From Auanema rhodensis (Eukaryota; Animalia; Nematoda): a stretch of DNA of 64,000 nt. The stretch lies in NCBI GenBank assembly GCA_964057225.1, contig OZ059898.1:5704001-5768000 (forward strand), in the 5' to 3' direction. Every line of letters starts with the position of its first letter. The stretch's first letter is position 1. The translations under genes and the position numbers were made by a program. Shown piece after piece: positions 29,101-39,500 of this stretch. A model generated the notes under the pieces. The model saw only the letters and a list, made by a program, of their open reading frames with translations, was not told the DNA's origin and ran no database searches.

Positions 29101-32100
29101 CCAAAAACAGATCAAAAACATTCTAGATGTACGTAGTTTCTGGCAACGTGTACCATGGTGGTGGATAATTCCACTACTTGTCACATTATGTATTCTTCTA
29201 CCATGTGTAGCATGGCTTTGTTGTTATGCTCGGTAAGGAAGAATAGTAGCTTCTTTGATGATAAAAGCATGTTTCCTCAACATTTTCTTTGTACAGCTAC
29301 TACTTCTTTCTAATTAACTTCTATAGACTGATGTCTTACAGTCACTATTCATCTATTACCTTTCTATCAAACTTTTCTTAATAAGTAAACTGACAACATG
29401 AATTTACATTACCATTCAAAACAACACTAATTAAAATTTATTAATTTACTGTAATAATTAATTGGAAAAATGCTTGTGGTTAAAATAATTACAGTATTAT
29501 ACCATCATTTATAAAATTTATCCCCCCCCCCCTCATAACAAAGATAACATGTCAACATTTTTATTCCAGCTTCACCATACATCACAGCCGGATGGCCGTG
29601 GTGGTGGTTGCTTCTTCTTCTACTATTACTTCTTCTTTTAATTCTTCTCACCTGCTGTCTACTATGGTGTATTCAACGGTAATTTAGTTATACATATCTA
29701 ATTATATAATTATAACAACAAGGATCATGGACAAAAAGGGAACTTCATTATAAAATTATGTGATTCACATGCATGATTGTTTGATACTTTTACATATTTT
29801 CCATTCCATTTATTATATTAACAATTCATTTTCCATTTAAAAGTTTCCATAAACAGTAATAATCATTATATTTTAGACGATTCCGTTCTCGTAAAGAACA
29901 CCGTCGACTTGTAACCAATGGACAACATGTTCCACTTCTTAATGATGTAAGTATTAAATTATTATTATTGTGTATATTATAATTATTTGTTTTATTACCA
30001 AATTTTCATATTTTTCTTACAGGACAAGGCTATGGAAGCTAATTTACGATCATTGGAATCACGATTGGATAAAATGAGAGATGGAAGAGGTAAGACTTGT
30101 ATAGAGAAGAATGTATTGAAAATCTAAAGATGAAAGAAGAGGAGTGATGAGTTGACAAACTGAACACAAAAGGATTGACATTGAAATCAATAGCAAAAGT
30201 AAAAAAATTTGAATTGAAATAGTAAAAGAAATAATGAGAAAAGAAGATTGATCTATCTCTCGTTCCTTTATTACCTTAAACTATTGCCATTATTCATTTG
30301 AACTACTAAAACATGTTGATATTATTAGTTATGGAAATCTCTTTATAAAAAAGGGATTATAACCAAGTTTTTATGAAATATTTAATGTGTGAAAACGAAG
30401 ATCAAACTTGAAAAAGAAGTATATATGTTTATATGTATATGATGTCTGTGGTATAAAACGTATCTCGACCTCGACACCATTGCTGATATCAAAGAAGAAT
30501 GAATGAAAAAGAAAATAAAGATAAAGAGACTAATAGATCTTACTCTTTCCCTGTTGCCAATTTCAATCTGTGAACTTCATGTTCAATTCTCTTATTTGTA
30601 GTTTTCATATTAGTTGAAGAAAAAATTTATCAATTAGTTTGATTCTAATTATACAGATGAGAAACCGTTTAATATTGAAATAGTAATAGTTTTTGATATC
30701 ACTTTAAATAAAATATAAATAAACTATATATTTTATTATAAATAATAATTAAATTATAAAAACATTTTTATCTTAAATTATTAGAAATATTTTGGTTTTT
30801 AAACGATATGTTCTAAATTTAAAAAAAACTTTTCTCTCTGTTTATCAATCAGCCGGAATGTCAAGAAGTCCTTGAATATGTGGGTGTGGTCGACGACGTC
30901 GTTCATATTAGGCGCTTCATCGCATGTCGTAGTTGTCATCGTTTGTAGTATAGGGTCGAATTTTCAGAATCATTGTCTTTATTTATTTTCTCACAAACAT
31001 ACATACATCTATACATACATATAAAAGAAAGTTATAGTATGACAGGGGAGAAAAAGAAGGACATTTGAATGTATGTATATGTGTATCTGTATCTACACCT
31101 GCATATGTTTTTTTTAAAATATATATATAAATATATATAATTCTAAATATTTTAATATAAAAATAAATATATTATATATATAATTATAAAAAGAAGAACA
31201 ATGTGTACATACAGATCAGTACATATTTGACATAAATTAACGAAAATTAGTGTGAATATTTCATAATGAAGATCTTCGCATGTGAGAGATAGAGATAGTT
31301 CGATAGATGTTCAATGATTTTTCTGATATATTTCTTCTGATTACGACAAGAAGACATCACTTGGAAAATACTATAAATTAGCATTAAATTGGATCAGAAT
31401 GGTGTTAGATTAGAAGAAAAGAAATTTTTATCCATCATTCGATTGAATAAATTTGATTTTTAGGTTCAGGAGATTTTGAGGATGGTTACATGAAGGGATA
31501 CCGTGATGCAAACAAGCTTGGATCAGCTTCAGCCGCCAGAAGACGTATGGATGATGATTTCGGAGGTCGTGACGATCGTTTCCGTGAGGGATACAGTAAG
31601 GGTCTCAAGTACGTATCCTGTTATCGCTAGATTATAGCATATAATATGAATTATAAATTATCTTTGAATTGGTTTCAGGGACGCTGGAATGACTGGAATG
31701 TCGACTTCTATGCATAATTTGGCCAATAAGGGAGCATCTGCTGGCGGATACTCTGCTGGCTTTATGCAAGGATACAAGGTAAATAATGTAGAAAATATTA
31801 TTATTAATACAAAGATAATTACAGGATGGTGGTTCTGGAATCTTTGGTGACCGTGTAACTCCATCCCTCATTTCACGCTTGGATGACCAATATCCTGGTC
31901 AAGACGATTTCAAGCAAGGATATGTTGACGGCTTCAAGGAAGGAGCTGCTTCACGTACTGGTGAAAAGAGAGTAAGTTTTAAGAAATAAATAAATTGTTA
32001 TACTTCTTTTGTAGACATTCGAGGATTCTCGCCGTCTCCAACAATCTCTGACTGAGCTTACCGAGAGATTGACTTCTCTTGAGAAGACTAAGGGAGATGA

Positions 32101-33738
32101 GATTCACTCTACTAAAATCTACCACGTCTGTAAGTTGCAACTACTTTCTTTAGCACCAAGCTTTTACTTTTCGAAGTAACTCGATCTTACTTGAAATGTT
32201 TAGATAACCAACAACCAGAGGTGGCCTTCTCTTCTACTGGACAACAATTGGCTCATGAGTTAGAGCAATTGGAAAACACCTCTTCCAGAAGAAGCACAAT
32301 GAGAAGACATTATACTGTATGTTTAACAATATTTTGATAGAAATTATATTTTTTGTTTTTTAGCCTGGAGATTACTTGAAGTATGAATCTGAAGGAGAAG
32401 GATACAGTAGTCTTTCTCGTAACCGTCGATCATTGTCTGCATCTGCTCTTGCAAGAGGTATGTTTTCTGATCAATGAGAATTACAACAATAGATAGATAG
32501 TAAAACCAAAAACTCGGAACGGTTTGATGTGAATTCCACTAACCTTTACCATTTTCCTAATTTTTTTTTGACTTATAAACCTTTTATGAAATGCTCTAAT
32601 GACCTTTTAATGCATGTGTGTGGTATATTTCAGATAGCTCAGAACGACGTGACTCTGAAGCTCGGTCCCGACATGCCAGCGGCACAATGGGAAGCTCTTA
32701 CATCACCCGAGCTGCTGTAGATCGTCAAGGAACAGACACCTACTCTAAGAGATACAATTATCGATCACGCTCTGATGTAGGAAGTCCACGTCGTTATGCC
32801 AGTCAAACTCTTTTGGACGGCAGTCGACCAGGACCCAGCACACCACATGCTCGACGTGATGCTCTTCATACACTTCAAAAGGAGTTAGATACTCTTAGTA
32901 GATCTCCAGACAGAGCTACACCACGTGGATATCTATCTGATAACAATCAATATGATACCGTACGTAGTCGAGCTCGTGGCCAAGGATATTCTAACTACGA
33001 CTACGGTAAAACTACTTTCATACAATAATAATAACTGATTTTTTGTTTTGTTGTGGAAATAATGACTTTTTTACTTAAAACATAATACATAGCATGATAG
33101 TTTTGAAATAGAATTATTGACTTTTTTAATTTTTTTCTTGATTAATAGTTTAAAACCGATATTGAGTATGCGTGTGTGTATTGAGCATGATTTGGACTCT
33201 TTCAGATTCTTATTCTTCTTCTCGTCAGCATGAAGTTAGACAGACAACATCTTCAGCTGTAAATAATGCTGGAGCAAGTGGAGCAACTACGCAAGCTGTT
33301 AGATATCCACCATCCTCAAAAGCTAAAGGTTTGTAATACTAATTGTGTGTTCTGCATGTGTGTGTATATATAAATGTTCCATTTATATACCTTTCCAAGA
33401 TTTTATTAATAAAAATTAAGAACATTTGAATGGAAAGATGATTTATTCATTTCAAATTTTTAAAACTTTTAGAATCAGCTGGAGATGAATCTGGTCGGTG
33501 GGCTGATGATCTCATAGAGATCGTTTCTGAACCAATGAATAAAACATTGGACAGAATGAAGAAATTTAGCAGCTCTACTGCAAACGTTGGTAAGTCAACT
33601 TTTAAAATATCAAACTGATATTCAAAGCTTTATGATTTGAGTCACTTCTAATTTTTAATTATAGAAGGCGGTGGAAGCAGTGGAGCAACTCATGAAGTCA
33701 CTGTAAAGAGTGAGGAAAGGACTACCCAATATAGTTAA
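11177..33738 (+). CDS. let-805: Myotactin: giant FN3-repeat type I transmembrane protein of hypodermal fibrous organelles; ~4,450 aa, 45 exons in the longest reconstruction
   Basis: Hand-spliced, frame-consistent exon chain. Exon 1 (11177-11240) encodes signal peptide MGQTSRGTGLLLWFVASLALA. Ectodomain exons: 12733-12807, 12855-12979, 13021-13150, 13197-13407, 13470-13546, 13732-14174, 14220-14501, 14549-14658, 14707-14780, [14899-14982, 15034-15136, 15235-15388, 15450-15519], 15743-15867, 15910-16111, 16157-16365, 16417-16486, [16779-16904], 17450-17585, 17634-17913, 17955-18154, 18200-18317, 18365-19035, 19081-19240, 19287-19508, 19556-20152, 20220-23011, 23058-25947, 25994-26628, 26677-26824, 27232-27361. 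TM exon 29570-29678. Cytoplasmic exons: 29877-29946, 30023-30089, 31464-31608, 31679-31778, 31825-31971, 32015-32129, 32204-32316, 32364-32457, 32634-33005, 33206-33328, 33473-33589, 33665-33738 (stop TAA). Dozens of FN3 signatures (W..P, Y.V.Y, L.P.T.Y.VRVRA....G.GPWS). The architecture matches C. elegans myotactin (>=32 FN3 repeats, one TM, unique tail). Confidence 0.93.
14899..15519 (+). CDS. let-805: Candidate optional four-exon block of myotactin (linker plus one divergent FN3 domain)
   Basis: Exons 14899-14982, 15034-15136, 15235-15388 and 15450-15519 total 411 nt, phase 1 in and phase 1 out, open frame DLKLTATNHIINTFTPSKQRRQAKHQIV-DPENFYQLRLVLWPPEAYLVWTPL...YCYSLRNLFFGIRYIST...DFTLVQL. 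Confidence 0.7.
16779..16904 (+). CDS. let-805: Candidate 126-nt symmetric cassette exon of myotactin carrying an RSKR site
   Basis: TTTAG acceptor, G|GTAGAT donor, phase 1-1, open frame (S)HKHRIRAHLRRSKRTVCDPRIDFWCRGSNDVNRPYLDMETG. It forms a GC-richer island inside an otherwise AT-rich ~960 nt interval. Confidence 0.75.
28430..28500. repeat. Imperfect (GA)n tract in the myotactin intron, directly upstream of a GC-rich island
   Basis: Read directly. Confidence 0.85.
28580..28598 (+). CDS. Candidate alternative first coding exon (MAWLPD, phase-1 donor) of a short myotactin isoform
   Basis: TAAAATGG start context; ATG GCT TGG CTG CCC GAC G|GTACGT. It lies in a GC-rich island after a GA-rich tract and is phase-compatible with both TM exons. 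Confidence 0.5.
29127..29232 (+). CDS. let-805: Alternative transmembrane exon A of myotactin
   Basis: TTCTAG acceptor, CG|GTAAGG donor, 106 nt, phase 1->2; encodes (D)VRSFWQRVPWWWIIPLLVTLCILLPCVAWLCCYAR. Confidence 0.8.
29570..29678 (+). CDS. let-805: Transmembrane exon B of myotactin
   Basis: TTCCAG acceptor, CG|GTAATT donor, 109 nt, phase 1->2; encodes (A)SPYITAGWPWWW, a poly-Leu run, then ILLTCCLLWCIQR. The next exon starts with basic stop-transfer residues RFRSRKEHRR. Confidence 0.9.
32611..32622 (+). promoter_or_regulatory. Intronic splicing element TGCATGTGTGTG (RBFOX plus GU-rich type)
   Basis: Ends 11 nt upstream of exon 32634; an identical 12-mer sits at 33353-33364. Confidence 0.6.
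33353..33364 (+). promoter_or_regulatory. Intronic splicing element TGCATGTGTGTG (RBFOX plus GU-rich type)
   Basis: Starts 25 nt downstream of the donor of symmetric exon 33206-33328. Confidence 0.6.
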
Positions 33739-34134
33739 CCCTCTAGATTTCATTAAACATTATACAATTATAAATATCATCCAACATAATTGAAATCTTT
33801 CACTAAATTTTTATTAACTAGCTAGAATTACATATGTAAAAATTTTTTTTCTAGTTGTATTTTCTACACAAATATGTTCAGATCATAATTTTTGAAATAT
33901 GAGTTTATGTTTTAATTTTTTTTTTAAATATATATATAAATATATATATTTACCTAACTACTGTAAGGATGAAACTAAGAATACTCGGTGTAGCAGCCAA
34001 ATAGTAAATTTCAAATATATAAAATTATTACCAAGAGCTGTCAATTTTATATTAAAACATACTAGAGTTTTTAAATTTTTTTGCCATCTGTTGTGGTGTC
34101 TTGTAATTCTTTTATACGATTCTCTTCTTACTTT

Positions 34135-34140
34135 AATAAA
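34135..34140 (+). terminator. Probable polyadenylation signal of the myotactin mRNA
   Basis: AATAAA ~400 nt after the stop at 33738, followed by T-rich sequence. Confidence 0.45.
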
Positions 34141-35239
34141 TTGAGATTTTAACTATTTGTTATAATTTGAATATATTATATAATAATAAGAATAATACAT
34201 ATACACAAAAATAAACAAAGAAATATTGATATATTAGAACAAAAAATTATAATATACTTCAAATATTATAACAGAATATGATTAATACATTTAACTATTA
34301 TATTCATACTGATTTTTGTTTTTTTTTATTTTATTTGAAAGAATATTTGAATGAGTAATCACTGAATATATGAATCTATCATGCATATATAATATATAAG
34401 ATTATCAGTAAATTTTAATTTTTAGTTTAGCAAATTAAAAAAATTAAATCATTTGTTCCTTACTTTTATTTCGGTCAAATCATCTATTACATCACAGCCT
34501 TGATTTTATTGGTTAGATTCAATTCATTTAATATCATACATACATATAGTATGTTTGTAATATAATTGTATTACTATCTTTAAAACTTCAAATTATTAAT
34601 GTTTCAAGTATATTTTTTTTAGTTTTCATTCTATTATCTTTGATTAATTTTTTACTGAAACTTACATCAAACATCTATCTTTCCTTTTTTTTTTGTTTCA
34701 ATAAGGAAGTACATTGAATCATTTCATGAATAATTCTAGATATTGTTTTTTTTACACAACTTCCCCATTTTTTTCAACAAAAAAAAGTTATAACTTGATT
34801 ATATATTAGTAAGTCATCTTTATCATTATGAATAAAAGATTTTTCATATGATATTATGTATATATCAAGAGTTTCAATAGAATTCTATGAAGAATTTTGA
34901 TTAAAGTGAGCGTCACATTTTGGACATATGATATGTTCATTCTATTATTTTTGCTGATGAACATGTGCATTCGAATATTTTCGCTGATATAGGCTTTGAT
35001 CTACAAATCTCTTTATTATACAAATGAGTGTATATGACGAAGTTATATAAAAAATGTTTAATGAAGTCGATGAGATTGTTATATTATCAAATATCAATGT
35101 GCAAAATCAGGATTTTGTCTAATTCGTATTTATAAATATTACATATATCTATGTTAATGACGTAAAATTTCGTTAATCTGACGAAGTAATTAAATTTTTC
35201 GTTGAAAAATAAATTTGTTATAAGGTTTTTTTCGTTCAT

Positions 35240-35375
35240 CATATATAATATATATGATATATTTATATATATATATATATATAATACATATCATATGTAA
35301 TTTAAAGAGTAAAATATATATAAAATAGTTATAACTATACATATATATTTATATATATATTTATATTGTATATAA
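35240..35375. repeat. (AT)n-rich low-complexity tract
   Basis: Read directly; a similar tract lies at ~42397-42462. Confidence 0.8.
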
Positions 35376-35778
35376 TAAAAAACTCTAACGTTTATTCATA
35401 TATTTGTAGACTTAATCATTAGTATTATTATAAACAAAATTATATTATTTGATATCAAACAGGTCAACGGTTAGCTTTGCCACTGATATGAATCTGTCTG
35501 GTTTTGGCATGGTTCGTTAACTGATTACAAATGCTGACTTGTCTTGTGACTTTGCACAATTAAAGTTATATTGGATAACACTGTTTAGATTGTACAAGGT
35601 TAATAACTAAGTTTTTTTGAATGATAACCTTCCTCTCTCTGGGCCGTCGGACATCATACAATACTGACCCTAAGTGACCTTAGTTAGCGAGAGTAAAAGT
35701 GCATTCTTTTGGGTTGAAGATGTAACAAGCCTTAAACGAAATCTTGATCGAATCATGTTCATCTCTCTTGTTCTATTT

Positions 35779-35781
<3 letters not shown>

Positions 35782-35830
<49 letters not shown>

Positions 35831-35866
35831 ATCTATTTATCTATCTCTTTCTCTCTCTATCTCTCT
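35782..35866. repeat. (CT)n microsatellite with degenerate CTAT flank
   Basis: Read directly. Confidence 0.9.
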
Positions 35867-36455
35867 TTCACCTTATTAACCTATCCGCACTTTTTTGAAT
35901 AATCCTCAAGTTCATAAATTTCTATCCTCTGCTCTGCTTTAGCTGATCTAATCATAAATCGTACAAGCTCATTAAGCATAGGATAGCAACCTTGGTAGCG
36001 AACACAAACGAGAAAAAGGATTATCAGTTCTTTCGTCTTTTAAAGGAATTTCGCTGCCAGAAAATCTCACAACAAGAATTTGACACAATATTGTCTCCCT
36101 TACGTGTATGATATGCTTCTGGTATCCTACATTCTGTGAATCTCTGTCGGCGTTTCCGTCATTGGCGCCATAGAAGATTTAGAGCTACCATATGTGAATG
36201 TATCAGCTATCAGAATCCATCAGCCAGCAATACAGTGATGGAGATGAAGTAGAAAAGTTGAAAGGAAAGGTCAACTGTCCCTAAAATCTGGCATTGCCCT
36301 TTTGACTAGTCTTTTCTTCATATCTTGCAATCTTCTATTAACTGTACCACTCTCTCCCTCTTTCCTTCGTTTTCTTTTTTAATTCTCTCGCTTTCTCTCT
36401 TTTCTACTCTCCCCCACCTTTTTTTGTCCCTCTCTTCCAACCTCTTTTTTGCAAA

Positions 36456-36461
<6 letters not shown>

Positions 36462-36504
<43 letters not shown>
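36462..36504. repeat. (CT)n microsatellite
   Basis: Read directly. Confidence 0.92.
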
Positions 36505-36507
<3 letters not shown>

Positions 36508-39500
36508 CTTTCAATCTCCCTTCTCTCTCCCTTAAGAACGTATACACATACATATTTCATGTAAAATAACGAATTATATATAATCATTGTTACGGATGTT
36601 TCTTGTTTTTCTAAACAGATCACGAACCCCTACCTATAATATGCTTGACCTTGTTCTTTTTCTTTCTTCATGCCTTCGAGTAGACCAATCTGGCCTCCAT
36701 GTTCCCACAATTCCTATTGCCAGCTTTCATGCACGTAAAGCCTATTTCATCTGAATTACACAAAAATTGAAGATAATAACATAAAATCAAATTTGAAATT
36801 TGAAATATGAAATATATAAAAACAAGTGTTCAATCACATTTACTATTTTCAATTATATTTTTGAAAATTTGATGTCTGAATCATTTTGATCTTACTATCT
36901 TTTCAACTGATCAGGGATAATCATACTATGGTTAAATTAATTTTTAATTTCAAAAAATATATGTCCCATGTTGATGTATAATGAAACAAGTATAACATGT
37001 ACCTGTTATGTACCTGCTGATGATGTTCATGTGTCAATCCAACAAAGAATTCTTTGATGTTATAACCTATTTTGAGCAAACTGCTGAGATATGTATTAGT
37101 ATTTGTTATGTAACATAAACTATTGTTGTGAGAATTGTTTTATTTGATTATATATATTCAAATTATATTATTTTAACCTTATATTCAACTAAGGTAACTA
37201 TTTAAACCGCTTGTTTAAAGATAACTCAAAAATGTCAGTTTTTTCATGTTTCTCTGCCCTTTTTGCTATATTAAGCAAGTCACATGTGAACTTTCTATGA
37301 ATCTGTTTTTAAAAAAAAATCGTTTGCTGCTATTGTTCTGTAATCAAAAAGCACATACATAGATCGCAGATTCCCAGACTGACTCAGGCGACGTGAAGGC
37401 GCGCAGACTGTCTGACTCGTTTGTTCGAAAACTTGGTTCAAAAGGTTCGCCATGTAATGCATTAAAGCTGTAATCTTTTTCATAAAATTAAAAAAACAAA
37501 AATAAATAAAACAAAAAAAAACCTTAATTTCTATTTTCTTAATGTAATTCAATAAATAAGATTATTTATTTATTTTTTCACGCACATTATAGTAAAATAC
37601 AAAATAAAATTCAAAGAACTTTCTCGTCAAGGTAATTTGACTAAGGCAGATAAAGACAATTTGTTAATTTTTGAATAGCCTTTGTACTTAGCTAAGACTC
37701 GAAACGTCGTGTGGACAATCCTTGAAGGTCGAGCAATTTGAAAAATGATCCAAAAAGTAGATCCCCTTCATCTTCTTTCTCTATTTGCATCCACCTTCAA
37801 TTTTCTATGTCATATATGCCCCCCCCCCTCTCCCTCCATCTTCAAACATTTTTTTTGAAATACCTCTTTAACTTTTAAATATGCTTCTACCTAAGTACAT
37901 ATATGCTATATATGTGTGTCAAGGTATAATATCATTTTTAACTATGAATACTATATACTGAAAAAATAATTATAAATTTAAAAACAAAATAGATAAATAT
38001 CAAGTTTAACAATTTCTAGACATATAACAGACATCATTTCAAAATCTATTTATAGAAAAATCCGTTTTGAATCTTCTTTTTTTGAGGAGACAAGGAAAGA
38101 GAATCTCTATATGCGACTACTTTAATCCCTGGCTTCTATTCGATAGCAAAATTCATAAATGAGAAATTCGTGTAGATTTATGATCGACTTAGTTTTTTCT
38201 CTACTGAAGATAATTAAAATATCATGAATACTACGTGTTTCTTATCCAATAATATACTCTGTATTTATGTGATGCAATCAGATACAAAATGAAATGATGA
38301 TGAAAATCCGGCAAAAACCAGACAAATCTACTCTTTGTTCATTGTTATTACAAATATAATAAATAGATAGAATAATTAACTTTGTTTATATGCATAATAG
38401 ATATTTGCAAATTATCAACATGTATATATCTACAAATATATATATTATTTAACTTTATGCAAAAATCTAAATTTAGAAATAATGATAGATCTCAACTGTC
38501 TGGAATTCACAACACTTTAGTCCCAATCATACATATGTGTATGTATTCGAGTGAATTTCTCATTTCCTTTTCCTGCAGTTGGCTGGCTGTTGCTACTTAT
38601 GACGATAGCTATTGGCGATGTTTCTCCTACATGATTGTTGGCCCAGATTCCATGGTTTTATCATATGACTGATTGTCAATCTTAATGTATGCTATATGCT
38701 ATCAACTTAATATAGTCATCCGGTAAAAGAATAATAGCTGAAAGTGATACTTCAAACAATTTTTTTTAGGTTCTCTCAAATAAAAGACCAATTTGCTCTC
38801 TAAATCTATATAGTTCTCCCTCTTTCTCTATTTTTTATCAATCACACATTTAGCTTGTTGCCATTTCCCTGTTTTCTTTATTTTCTCTGTATTCCCCCAT
38901 CCCCCTTTCCCCTCATCTTTCTCTCTCTTTCTCTCAAATAACACTGCTTAATCTCTTTCTCGAAATCTCCTATCTCTTTTCAATTTTGTTACCTCTTCAA
39001 TGGCTATTCTCTAAATCTTTATCCAATTTTATCTTTTTTCTGATATATTTCTTTTATTATGCGTGATTTCTTAACATTTTCATCATCAATAGTAACGGCT
39101 AACTAGAATATCTGTCGTCGGGTCAATCGCGAAAAAAACCTTCTTCGTCAACCTTAGCTTTCACTTTGTTCCAGAATTCTGTATCTATTACTATGATTTG
39201 CGTAAACTTATTTTTTAGCTCATTCATCTATGCCCCCTTACCTTCGAACTATTGCGAAATAAACAAGAATTTCAGGACTTCTGGATTTTACACTGGCTAT
39301 ATAGAATTACCCCAAAGATAGGCAAAAAAATTTTAAATGCATTCGAACTGTGCCGGATCTTTTATCCCGAAATCATGTGCCCTTCAATATATAGGACTCA
39401 CGGGGTTCTGAAAGAAAAGAAAAACCATATACGCCAACATAGTCATCAAGACTGTTAATGACTGGCGCCAGTATCAATCCGGAAATTGACGAACGAGGCA

